Of a DNA stretch of 64,000 nucleotides, positions 55,267 to 63,594 are shown piece by piece; positions within the stretch are counted from its first letter, which is position 1, and the number at the start of each line of letters is the position of its first letter. The stretch covers positions 89,429 through 153,428 of the forward strand of contig JAEWAQ010000058.1 of assembly GCA_023391635.1 (NCBI GenBank). The letters run 5' to 3'. The position numbers and the translations under genes are program-made. Source of the DNA: Bacillota bacterium. GTDB lineage: Bacteria; Bacillota; Bacilli; Paenibacillales; Paenibacillaceae. A model generated the notes under the pieces. The model worked only from the letters and a program-made list of their open reading frames with translations. It ran no database searches and was not told the DNA's origin.

Positions 55267-56388
55267 ATGAGAGAGTTCCTGACGGCCGTAAACCGGCAGA
55301 AAGAGGGCATATGGCGATATGCCGACCTCTTGCCCGAAGTGGGGACGGAGCACCAGATCACGATGGGCGAAGGCGGAACGCCGCTTATCGCCAGCCGCCG
55401 CATCGCCGCCGAGCTGGGTCTGTCCTCACTGTATTTCAAGCTGGAGGGCAGCAATCCGACGGGTTCGTACAAGGACCGTATCTCGGCATTGGGGGTTTCC
55501 CGGGCGCTGCAACGGGGCAGGGTAGGCTGCATCGGTACCTCTTCCGGCAATGCGGGAGCGTCCGCAGCCGCCTATGCGGCCAGGGCGGGATTGCCGTATG
55601 CGCTGCTGGTGCTCGAACAGATCGCAGAGACGAAATTGATGCAGGCGGCCTTGCATGATGCGCAGATCATCAAAGTCAAAGGGTTCGGGACAAGCGCCGA
55701 AGTCGGCGACCGTGTGTTCCGCTTCATCGAGGAACAAGCGGAAAGCCTGGATCGGGAAGTGATGATTACCGCTTTCCGCTATAATCCCGTTGCGATGGAA
55801 GCCGTCAAGACGATTGCGTTCGAGCTGCTGGAGAAATTCGGAGAGAAGCTGCCGGATGCCGTTTTCGCGCCGGTCGGGGGCGGTGGATTGTTTACGGGGA
55901 TATGGAAAGGCTTCAAGGAGCTTCACGACCGTCAATGGATCGGCCGGATGCCCTTGATGGCGGCGGTCCAGTCGGAGGGCTGCTCCAACATTGCGCGTGC
56001 ATGGCAAGCTGGGGATGACCGGCCTGCGCCGGGGGATTCGACGTCAGGGATTTCCGGGCTGCAGGTGCCAAATCCGCCGGATGGGGAGTTGGTGCTGAAG
56101 GGGTTGAAGGAAGATGGCGGTTTCGCGGTAGCGGTGTCCGACGAAGAAGCGTGGGCATGGCAGGAACGGCTTGCGGCCGAGGAAGGAATCTGGTGCGAAC
56201 CGGCTGCAGCCGTCTCGTTGGCCGGAGTGAAGCGGGCTTTGGACGAAGGCAGGCTGACGCCGGGAGGAAGTGCGGTGTGCATTCTGACCGGCGCCGGCTA
56301 TAAAGACGTTCAGAGAGGGCAGGCCATGCTGCGGGCCAAGTCGGAAATTCCGCTGCTCGGCATGGACGAACTGATATCGACTTTGTAG
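55267..56388 (+). CDS. threonine-synthase-family (short type) PLP-dependent enzyme
   Basis: FKLEGSNPTGSYKDR (PLP lysine), GTSSGNAGASAAAYAARAG, and the GGGGL phosphate loop. Confidence 0.75.
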   Translation: MREFLTAVNRQKEGIWRYADLLPEVGTEHQITMGEGGTPLIASRRIAAELGLSSLYFKLEGSNPTGSYKDRISALGVSRALQRGRVGCIGTSSGNAGASAAAYAARAGLPYALLVLEQIAETKLMQAALHDAQIIKVKGFGTSAEVGDRVFRFIEEQAESLDREVMITAFRYNPVAMEAVKTIAFELLEKFGEKLPDAVFAPVGGGGLFTGIWKGFKELHDRQWIGRMPLMAAVQSEGCSNIARAWQAGDDRPAPGDSTSGISGLQVPNPPDGELVLKGLKEDGGFAVAVSDEEAWAWQERLAAEEGIWCEPAAAVSLAGVKRALDEGRLTPGGSAVCILTGAGYKDVQRGQAMLRAKSEIPLLGMDELISTL

Positions 56389-56405
56389 GAGAGGGGGCAT
56401 GGGCC

Positions 56406-57395
56406 GTGAAGAGGATAAAAGCCGGGTTGATCGGTCTCGGCCGCTTTGCCGAGCTGCATCTGCGGTGTCTGGATCAAATCGTGGACGTAGAGGTTGCGGC
56501 CGTTTGCGACGTCGACGCGGAGAGGGCGGATCGGGTTGCCCGCGCACGCGGCTGTAACTTTTATACCGATTGGAATCGAATGCTGGAACGGGAATCGCTC
56601 GACGCGATCCACGTCTTGACGCCGGAACACGCGCATGTCGAGCCGGCTGTTGCGGCGTTAAGAGACGGCTGCAGCGTCTTCGTGGAGAAGCCGCTCGCGC
56701 TTGACGTCGCTGGCGCCTGCCATATTCGGGACGTGGCGGGCGCCAGCGACGGCCTGCTTATGGTCGGCCACGTCTGCCGGTTCGACGTCCGTTATGCCCT
56801 GGCGATGGACGCTATCCGGCAAGGGAAGCTCGGGGCCGTGCGCTCCCTCTATGCCCGCCGGAACAATATGAATAAGTTTTTTCCGCTGTACCGCCGCACT
56901 CACCCCTTCTTCACGCTTGGCATTCACGATATCGATTTGTTCCGCTGGTTCACGAGCTCGAACGTAACGGAAGTGTACGCCCGGTCGGGGAAAGACGCGA
57001 ACGGGCATACCGACCTGGTCTGGGCGATGCTGAAATTCGAGAACGGAGTGATCGGTGTCGTGGAGAACCATTGGCTCCTGCCGGACGGAGCCCCTGCTTT
57101 CATGGATTCGGCCATGGAAATCGTGGGGGATGGCGGCATCTATCAGCTGCGCGAGCCCGATCAATCCGCCGTGCTGTGGAGCCGGAGCGAGACATTGGCG
57201 CCTCCGTTGTTCTCTTCGGGTGAACTGCACGGGAAGCTGACCGGGCCGCTGCTTGAGGAACTGCGTCATTTCTACGATTGCGTCGAACGCAACGCCGCAT
57301 CGGACATTTTGCTGCCGGATGACGCGGTGAAAGCGGTGGAAGTGGCGGAAGCTGTCGTCTGCTCCTGCGAGATCGGGCAGCCGGTGGTGCTCTAG
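56406..57395 (+). CDS. Gfo/Idh/MocA-family oxidoreductase
   Basis: GTG 56406 follows GGAGAGGGGG. KAGLIGLGRFAELH Rossmann loop and the VFVEKPLA motif. Confidence 0.8.
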   Translation: MKRIKAGLIGLGRFAELHLRCLDQIVDVEVAAVCDVDAERADRVARARGCNFYTDWNRMLERESLDAIHVLTPEHAHVEPAVAALRDGCSVFVEKPLALDVAGACHIRDVAGASDGLLMVGHVCRFDVRYALAMDAIRQGKLGAVRSLYARRNNMNKFFPLYRRTHPFFTLGIHDIDLFRWFTSSNVTEVYARSGKDANGHTDLVWAMLKFENGVIGVVENHWLLPDGAPAFMDSAMEIVGDGGIYQLREPDQSAVLWSRSETLAPPLFSSGELHGKLTGPLLEELRHFYDCVERNAASDILLPDDAVKAVEVAEAVVCSCEIGQPVVL

Positions 57396-57424
57396 CCTCG
57401 GCCGGAGACAAGGAGGGGATGGCC

Positions 57425-58159
57425 ATGAAGCTCGGCGAACGGATCTGTCTCGTCGGCAGCGGAGCGCTCGGCATGAACTTGACCAACGAATACGACTGCA
57501 ACGTGTATCTGCTCGATACCGGCGACGGCTTCGTCCTCGTAGATTGCGGTTCCGGCCTGGAATCGGAGCGCATACTCGGCGAGATTCGCCGGGACGGCAT
57601 CGATCCGGCCGGTATTACCCACATCGTCGTCACCCACGCGCACGCCGACCATGCCGGCGGTGCAGCGGGCCTGAGCCGTTCGACCGGCGCCGCCATCGTC
57701 TGCTCGCCGCAGACGGCCGCTATTCTCGGGAGCGGGGATGAGGCGGCGATCTATTTGCCGGAGAGCCGCAGGGCGGGTCTCTATCCGGAGGATTACCGGC
57801 TGGAGAGCTGTGTTCCCACGCTGACCGTCTCGCACCTGGAAGAGATGAAAGCGGGGGAGATCACCTTGCAATTCATCAGCGCGCCGGGGCACAGCGACGA
57901 TATGATTTGCTGTTACGTGAAGCAATGGCAGGCGTTGTTCTGCAGCGATCTGGTTTTCCATGGCGGCAGGATCGCGATGCTGCCAACGCCGGAGTTCTCC
58001 CTCTACCGGCTGTCGCAAAGCGTGCGGATATTGGCGGAGTACGCCATCGAAGGGTTGTACCCGGGACATTTGTCGCCTGTACGGACAGGCGGGGATCAAG
58101 TCGTCCGCAAGGTGAACGCGACCTTCGAATCCTTGAGAATCCCGCCGAATATCGTGTAA
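57425..58159 (+). CDS. MBL-fold metallo-hydrolase
   Basis: HAHADHAGG (HxHxDH) motif. AGGAGG at 57411 favours ATG 57425 over 57419. Confidence 0.8.
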   Translation: MKLGERICLVGSGALGMNLTNEYDCNVYLLDTGDGFVLVDCGSGLESERILGEIRRDGIDPAGITHIVVTHAHADHAGGAAGLSRSTGAAIVCSPQTAAILGSGDEAAIYLPESRRAGLYPEDYRLESCVPTLTVSHLEEMKAGEITLQFISAPGHSDDMICCYVKQWQALFCSDLVFHGGRIAMLPTPEFSLYRLSQSVRILAEYAIEGLYPGHLSPVRTGGDQVVRKVNATFESLRIPPNIV

Positions 58160-58188
58160 TTCAAACATGCTTGCGGAGGCAGGATCAG

Positions 58189-59199
58189 ATGACGAACATT
58201 CGACAGATATGCGCAGAACAATTCGATTACCGCAGCATGGCTGCGGGCAGCAAAGCCCATTACCTCGTCCGCTTCAGCGATGACGAACCGGACGCGGGCG
58301 CGATCCCCGCCGTCGTGGTCAAGGGGGAGCGGGAAGGCCCGACGCTGCTCGTGCTGGCCGCCGTCCACGGGGACGAGTATGAAGGCGTACGGGCGCTGAT
58401 CGAGCTGCTGCGTGCGATCAAGCCGAACGACGTGCTCGGCACGCTGGTCGCGGTTCCGATCGCCAATAAGTCCGCATATGCGAACGGTACGCGGGAATCC
58501 GCGGCGGACGGGTTGAATTTGGCCAGGGCATTTCCGGGCGACCCTCAGGGGACGTACACAAGGAAGCTGGCCTGGACGCTGAGGGAAAAGTTTATTTCGC
58601 GCGCCGATTTTTTATTGGATTTGCATAGCGGCGGAACGCACTATGCCATGCCTCCGCTTGTCGGGTATTACCACGATCCCGATAGCGAAGCGGGAAGGCG
58701 ATCCCGGACGGCGGCGGAAGCATTCGGAATGAACACCATCTGGGGACATTCCGTCATCGCGCCGGGAAGAACGATCAGCGCGGCGCAGGAACTCGGCATT
58801 CCCTGGCTGTATACGGAAGGATACGGCGGCCAGCGCATTCGCGAGGACGAACTGCGTTTGTACTACGACGGCGTGCTTCGTCTCTTGCAGCATTTGAACA
58901 TGTTGGCCGAGCCGCAGCGCTGGCTGAGCGCCCCGTTCGCGGGAGCGACGCACCGTTATTTGGGAGACGGTAATTTGGACCGATCGGCGACAGCCCGGTT
59001 GGACGGTTTCTTTGTGCCCGCTGTCCGTTTCCTGCAACAGGTGGAGGCGGGCGAGCGGATCGGAGGCATTTACGATTGTTATGGCCAGGAGCAGCAGTCC
59101 GTCATCAGCGAGCATGCGGGGCATGTCATGATGCTGAGAGAAGTTCCTTATACCCGCAAAGGCGATCCGCTGTATGTCCTTGCTACGGCTCGCCTATAG
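58189..59199 (+). CDS. succinylglutamate desuccinylase/aspartoacylase-family (M14-like) zinc deacylase
   Basis: ATG 58189 follows GGAGGCAGG. AAVHGDEYEG zinc motif, plus DLHSGG and AFPG motifs. Confidence 0.75.
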   Translation: MTNIRQICAEQFDYRSMAAGSKAHYLVRFSDDEPDAGAIPAVVVKGEREGPTLLVLAAVHGDEYEGVRALIELLRAIKPNDVLGTLVAVPIANKSAYANGTRESAADGLNLARAFPGDPQGTYTRKLAWTLREKFISRADFLLDLHSGGTHYAMPPLVGYYHDPDSEAGRRSRTAAEAFGMNTIWGHSVIAPGRTISAAQELGIPWLYTEGYGGQRIREDELRLYYDGVLRLLQHLNMLAEPQRWLSAPFAGATHRYLGDGNLDRSATARLDGFFVPAVRFLQQVEAGERIGGIYDCYGQEQQSVISEHAGHVMMLREVPYTRKGDPLYVLATARL

Positions 59200-59263
59200 G
59201 CGAAGTCCGGACCTGTTGTCGCTAGCGGGCGACTAGAATCATAACGATAAGGATGGGATAACC

Positions 59264-60157
59264 ATGAGAGCAGGATTTTACACGGCGTTGGGAACACCTC
59301 TGGACGACAACGGGGATTTCGTAGTTGCAAGCTTTCATATGCACGTGGAGGACCAAGTTGGCGCAGGAGCTTCAGGGCTCTTGGTGATGGGGTCCATGGG
59401 ACAGCAGGCGTCCGTGAAAAACAGCGAATTCGTGAAGATCGCCCGCACAGGGGTGGAAGCGGCGAAGGGAAGAAGCCCGGTATTCGCAGGAGTTATGGAT
59501 AATAGCTTCAGCCGGGTGATGGAACGGATTCGCGGCTTGGAAGGTTTGAAGCTGGATGGCGTCGTAGCCACCATGCCCTATTATTTCAAATTAAATCAGT
59601 CCGAGGCGCTGCGGTTTTTCACCGCGACCGCGCAAGCGTCTCCCTTTCCTGTATACCTGTACGATTTGCCGTCCGTCACGCAAACGAGGATCGAGCCCGC
59701 GACGTTGCTGGAACTCATGAAAGTGCCCAACATCGCCGGGATCAAGACCAATGACCTGAATCTGTCGCGAATGCTGCAGAAGGCGCATTTGCCGCCGGCC
59801 GCACCGGCGGATGGCGATTTCCAGCTCATGTTTAGCGGGCTGGACGTATTCGACATTGCCTACGGGTACGGCATCACCAAGCAGTTGGACGGCATGTTCG
59901 CTTGCACGGCTCCACTGACGAAGCGGCTATATGCTGCCCTGTCTTCCGCTCATCGAGAGGAGGCGGCTCAGATCTTGAACGATATCGTGAGGCTGCGGGA
60001 TCAACTGGTCGCCGTCGGCGTGTTCCCGGGATTCTCCCATGCGATGAACCTGCTCGGATTCAAAGGCAACTTCGCCCCCGATTATGCGGGCGTTCTGGAT
60101 GCGCAAGCCAAGGAAGCCGTAAGAGCTTGCATGCAGCAAATCGGATTGATCGATTAA
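59264..60157 (+). CDS. DapA/NanA-family class I aldolase (dihydrodipicolinate synthase family)
   Basis: YTALGTPLDDNG, VYLYDLPSVT (Tyr motif) and IAGIKTND (Schiff-base Lys context). The usual G(S/T)TGE reads GSMGQ here. Confidence 0.75.
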   Translation: MRAGFYTALGTPLDDNGDFVVASFHMHVEDQVGAGASGLLVMGSMGQQASVKNSEFVKIARTGVEAAKGRSPVFAGVMDNSFSRVMERIRGLEGLKLDGVVATMPYYFKLNQSEALRFFTATAQASPFPVYLYDLPSVTQTRIEPATLLELMKVPNIAGIKTNDLNLSRMLQKAHLPPAAPADGDFQLMFSGLDVFDIAYGYGITKQLDGMFACTAPLTKRLYAALSSAHREEAAQILNDIVRLRDQLVAVGVFPGFSHAMNLLGFKGNFAPDYAGVLDAQAKEAVRACMQQIGLID

Positions 60158-60261
60158 GCGAATCGGAACCATTCACGAGCTCCAGGAGCGGCAGCGTTGT
60201 CGTTTGCCCTCGATAGAGGTATGATGTCATCAGTAACGTTATGGAAATGAGGACATCGACA

Positions 60262-61323
60262 ATGGGCAAACCTTCTATATATGGAGTAACCGTCGATCGC
60301 CTTGCAGCATGGATGGCGGAACACGGGCACAAGAAATCCCGCGCGGCGCGCGTGTGGGAAGAATTGTACAGGGAGCGGACGACGGAGTTTGCGGAAATGA
60401 AAAGCGTTCGCGAGGAAGTCCGGGGGCTTCTGGCGGGGCATTGGCGGCTTGAGACGATGAGCGAGCATACGAAGCAGGAATCCGCCGATGGCACGGTCAA
60501 GTTTCTGTTTCGGCTGCAGGACGGCAATCTGATCGAAACCGTGCTCATGCGGCACAAGTTCGGTTTGTCCGTATGCGTGACGACGCAGGTGGGATGCAAT
60601 ATCGGCTGCAGCTTCTGCGCCAGCGGGCTGCGCGCCAAGAGCCGCGACCTCTCCGCGGGAGAGATCGTGGAGCAGATCATGCGGGTTCAGCTGTTCCTGG
60701 ATCAGACGGGCAGGGGTGAGCGCGTTACCCATATCGTCGTGATGGGCATCGGGGAGCCGTTCGACAATTATGCGAATCTGCTGGACTTCCTCGCGGTAGT
60801 GAAGCATGCGAAGGGGCTCGCGATCGGCCCGCGGCATATTACGGTGTCGACCAGCGGCCTCGCAGGCAAGATCGAAGAGTTCGCCGACGACGATCCGGGC
60901 GTCAACCTCGCGATCTCGCTGCATGCGCCGAACAACGAGCTGCGTACACGGATCATGAAGATCAACCGCGCCATTCCGATCGAGCGGCTCATGCAGGCGC
61001 TGGATTACTATCTGACCAAGCTCAAGCGGCGGGTAACGTTGGAATACATCATGCTGCGGGACGTAAACGACCGACCGGAGCATGCGGCGGAGCTGGCCGA
61101 TCTGATCGGCGATAGGGGCTCGCTCATCCAAGTGAACCTGATCCCGTACAATCCGGTGGACGAACATAGCCAGTACGGCCGGAGCCGGCAGGAGGCGATC
61201 GATGCCTTCTTCGACACGTTGAAGAAGCGGGACGTCCGCGTTAGCGTACGAGTAGAGCACGGCGCGGACATTGACGCCGCATGCGGGCAGCTGCGCAGCA
61301 AACAGCTCGCGGCCGGAGGTTGA
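60262..61323 (+). CDS. rlmN: 23S rRNA/tRNA adenine-C2 methyltransferase RlmN (radical SAM)
   Basis: KPSIYG N-terminus, GTVKFLFRLQDGNLIETVLMRH, VTTQVGCNIGCSFCASG (CxxxCxxC), VVMGIGEPFDNY and DIDAACGQL. By recall it is collinear with Bacillus RlmN. ATG 60262 follows GAGGA. Confidence 0.85.
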   Translation: MGKPSIYGVTVDRLAAWMAEHGHKKSRAARVWEELYRERTTEFAEMKSVREEVRGLLAGHWRLETMSEHTKQESADGTVKFLFRLQDGNLIETVLMRHKFGLSVCVTTQVGCNIGCSFCASGLRAKSRDLSAGEIVEQIMRVQLFLDQTGRGERVTHIVVMGIGEPFDNYANLLDFLAVVKHAKGLAIGPRHITVSTSGLAGKIEEFADDDPGVNLAISLHAPNNELRTRIMKINRAIPIERLMQALDYYLTKLKRRVTLEYIMLRDVNDRPEHAAELADLIGDRGSLIQVNLIPYNPVDEHSQYGRSRQEAIDAFFDTLKKRDVRVSVRVEHGADIDAACGQLRSKQLAAGG

Positions 61324-61406
61324 TCGCAAGCATTGGGTACAGCTACAGAACCCGATTGATGCAAGCCAGAGAAGACATCTTTGGCAATGCCGAAGGGCGC
61401 GGGGTT

Positions 61407-62798
61407 CTATCGCAGAGGCAAGCGCACTTCGAACGTCGTGCCGGCGCCGGGATGGCTGTCGACGCGGATCGTGCCGTTCACGGCATCGACAAGGCTCCGC
61501 GCGATCGCAAGCCCGAGGCCGTGTCCGGCGATCGACCGCAGTCTGGCTTGATCCTGACGGTAGAAGCGGTCGAAAATACGCGGCAAATCTTCGGGCGCGA
61601 TGCCGACACCGTTGTCTTGCACCGTCAGGACGATGTGGCGGGAACGCCGCTGTGCCGCTTCGGACAACGTGACCCGGACGCGCCCCTGCTCCGGCGTATA
61701 TTTCAACGCATTTTCTGCAAGGAGCACAATCAGTTGCTTCAGCCGCTCCTTGTCCCCCTGCACGATCCAGTCGGCCGGCGCGTCGATGCGCAAGTCAATG
61801 CGCTTGTCCCGCGCCATCTCCTGCAAAGGCTGAACGGCTGCCTCCGCGACATCCGATACGTTGAACGACTCGTTATGCAAAGCCATCGTGCCAGTCTCCG
61901 CGCGCGCCAGACTTAATAAGCCGACAATCATCTTCGTCATCGACGCGACTTCTGCCCGCATCCCCTCGATTGTGCGCTTGATGAAGGACAGCTCCGGGTC
62001 GGCGATACGCTCTTCCATTTGCAGCGCGTCCAGCGATGTCTGCAGCACCGCCAGCGGCGTGCGCAGCTCATGGGAAGCATCTGCGGCGAATTGCCGTTGG
62101 CGATCGTAGGACAGCGCAGCCTGCCTGATCGCCCGGCCGGACAAATAATGGCTCAGCCATAGCACCAATGCGAAGAACACGCCCGCCAGTACGACCAGAA
62201 GCCGGAGTAAATCGCGCAATAATCGCTGCTGTTCGCTCACTTGCTTGCCGATGTACAATTCCCCGATCACATCGCCCTGCCACATCAAGCGTCGACCCGT
62301 CATCAGGAACTCCGCTTGCTCATTGCTCACCGCACGCTCCTGTCCGATTGACGCCGGTTCGTCGTAAGTGGCCAAGCTGGCGCCGACAATCTTGTCTGTT
62401 TCCGTCAATACGTTGTTATTGCTAATCAATGCTAACGCCTGCGAGCGCAGCTCCGGCTGCAGCTCGTCGCCGAAGCGCAGCGCTCCGTCCATGAACAAGT
62501 AATAGAACGACTGGTCGGCACTGATGGCGAATGCGTCCTCCACCGTCTTCGGAGGCAGCCGCTTCGGATATTGCTCCTCGTCGATCCATTGCTGCAAAAT
62601 CCTCGCTTCCCGATCCGCGAGCCCGCGCAGCGACGCGTGTTGCCCGTTCCATATCCAGGCGTGAAGCAGCCCGTACACCACGACGATGAACATGCCGAGA
62701 AACAGCATCAACAGGCCGCTGTACTGCAACGTCAAGCGTCGGCGCATCCGCACGAATACATCCGGCAGCATGCGCGAGGGAGCGGGAGCGCTAATCAT
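61407..62798 (-). CDS. sensor histidine kinase (TM-sensor-TM, HAMP, HisKA, HATPase_c)
   Basis: FAADASHELRTPLAVL H-box and the VQDNGVGIAPEDLPRIFDRFYR and GHGLGLAIA ATPase boxes. Confidence 0.85.
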   Translation of the reverse strand: MISAPAPSRMLPDVFVRMRRRLTLQYSGLLMLFLGMFIVVVYGLLHAWIWNGQHASLRGLADREARILQQWIDEEQYPKRLPPKTVEDAFAISADQSFYYLFMDGALRFGDELQPELRSQALALISNNNVLTETDKIVGASLATYDEPASIGQERAVSNEQAEFLMTGRRLMWQGDVIGELYIGKQVSEQQRLLRDLLRLLVVLAGVFFALVLWLSHYLSGRAIRQAALSYDRQRQFAADASHELRTPLAVLQTSLDALQMEERIADPELSFIKRTIEGMRAEVASMTKMIVGLLSLARAETGTMALHNESFNVSDVAEAAVQPLQEMARDKRIDLRIDAPADWIVQGDKERLKQLIVLLAENALKYTPEQGRVRVTLSEAAQRRSRHIVLTVQDNGVGIAPEDLPRIFDRFYRQDQARLRSIAGHGLGLAIARSLVDAVNGTIRVDSHPGAGTTFEVRLPLR

Positions 62799-63462
62799 CG
62801 ATTTTGTAGCCTACCCCTCTGACACTGCGGATGACGTGCTGAGCGTCGATGTCCTTCAGCTTCTTGCGGATCAGCTTCACGATCGCATCGATCGACTTCA
62901 GATGTACGTCCGCCTCCAGGCCCCATACGCGATCGAGCAAGATCTCTCGCGTCAGGGTGCGCCCCTTGTTTTGCATAAGCAAATCCAGCACGCCAAACTC
63001 GCGCGGCGTCAACTGCACCGCTGTTCCGTCACGAATGACCTCCTGATTCGTCCGCTGCAGCTGCCACTGGCGATAGTGCACGGTCTCATCCTGCAGGGGC
63101 GCAAAGTTGCGGCGCTGCATCGTTCGCAGCCTGGCGAGCAGTTCCTCGACGGCATACGGCTTTACGACGTAATCGTCGGCTCCCGCATCCAGCCCGCGCA
63201 CGCGATCGGTCACGGCGTCCTTGGCGGTCAGCATCAGGATCGCTCCCCGATATCCGTTGCGGCGCAGCTCAAGGCAGGTCGTGCAGCCGTCGCCGTCCGG
63301 CATCATCCAGTCCAGGATGAGGACATCATAGGCGGAAGCCTGTGCGTAGTCGAACGCTTCCCGGCCTGTGGTGACCCAGTCCACGATCGCTCCTGTTTTG
63401 CGCAACACATGCGCCGTCAATTCTCCCAACCGAAGGTCGTCTTCGGCAAGCAATACTTTCAT
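62791..63462 (-). CDS. OmpR-family response regulator
   Basis: MKVLLAEDD, DVLILDWMMP and VKP receiver motifs, with a winged-helix C-terminus (LTPREFGVLDLLM...RGVGYKI). Overlaps the kinase start by 8 nt. Confidence 0.9.
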   Translation of the reverse strand: MKVLLAEDDLRLGELTAHVLRKTGAIVDWVTTGREAFDYAQASAYDVLILDWMMPDGDGCTTCLELRRNGYRGAILMLTAKDAVTDRVRGLDAGADDYVVKPYAVEELLARLRTMQRRNFAPLQDETVHYRQWQLQRTNQEVIRDGTAVQLTPREFGVLDLLMQNKGRTLTREILLDRVWGLEADVHLKSIDAIVKLIRKKLKDIDAQHVIRSVRGVGYKIDD

Positions 63463-63594
63463 TCGCTTTTCCCCGCTGTCCGCTTCGTCTTGTTTCCATT
63501 ATATCGGAGAGAAGCGTGCGTTTCACCCATTTTTCACCAAAACGACGTACGATGTTTTCAGGCAAGGAAGACAAATTTGAAAGGGTTGATCGAA

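Noticed and set aside
60262-61323. Possibility that the radical SAM methyltransferase is a Cfr-type resistance gene.
   Set aside because: The motifs and overall collinearity recalled for RlmN (KPSIY N-terminus, IETVLMRH, VTTQVGC.IGC.FCAS, VVMGIGEPFDNY) fit better than those of Cfr. Without a phylogeny I keep it as rlmN.
61324-61406. Possible terminator between the convergent rlmN and histidine kinase genes (AGAACCCG ... CGGGGTTCT).
   Set aside because: The arms are separated by about 45 nt and are imperfect, and there is no U-tract. It is too weak to annotate.
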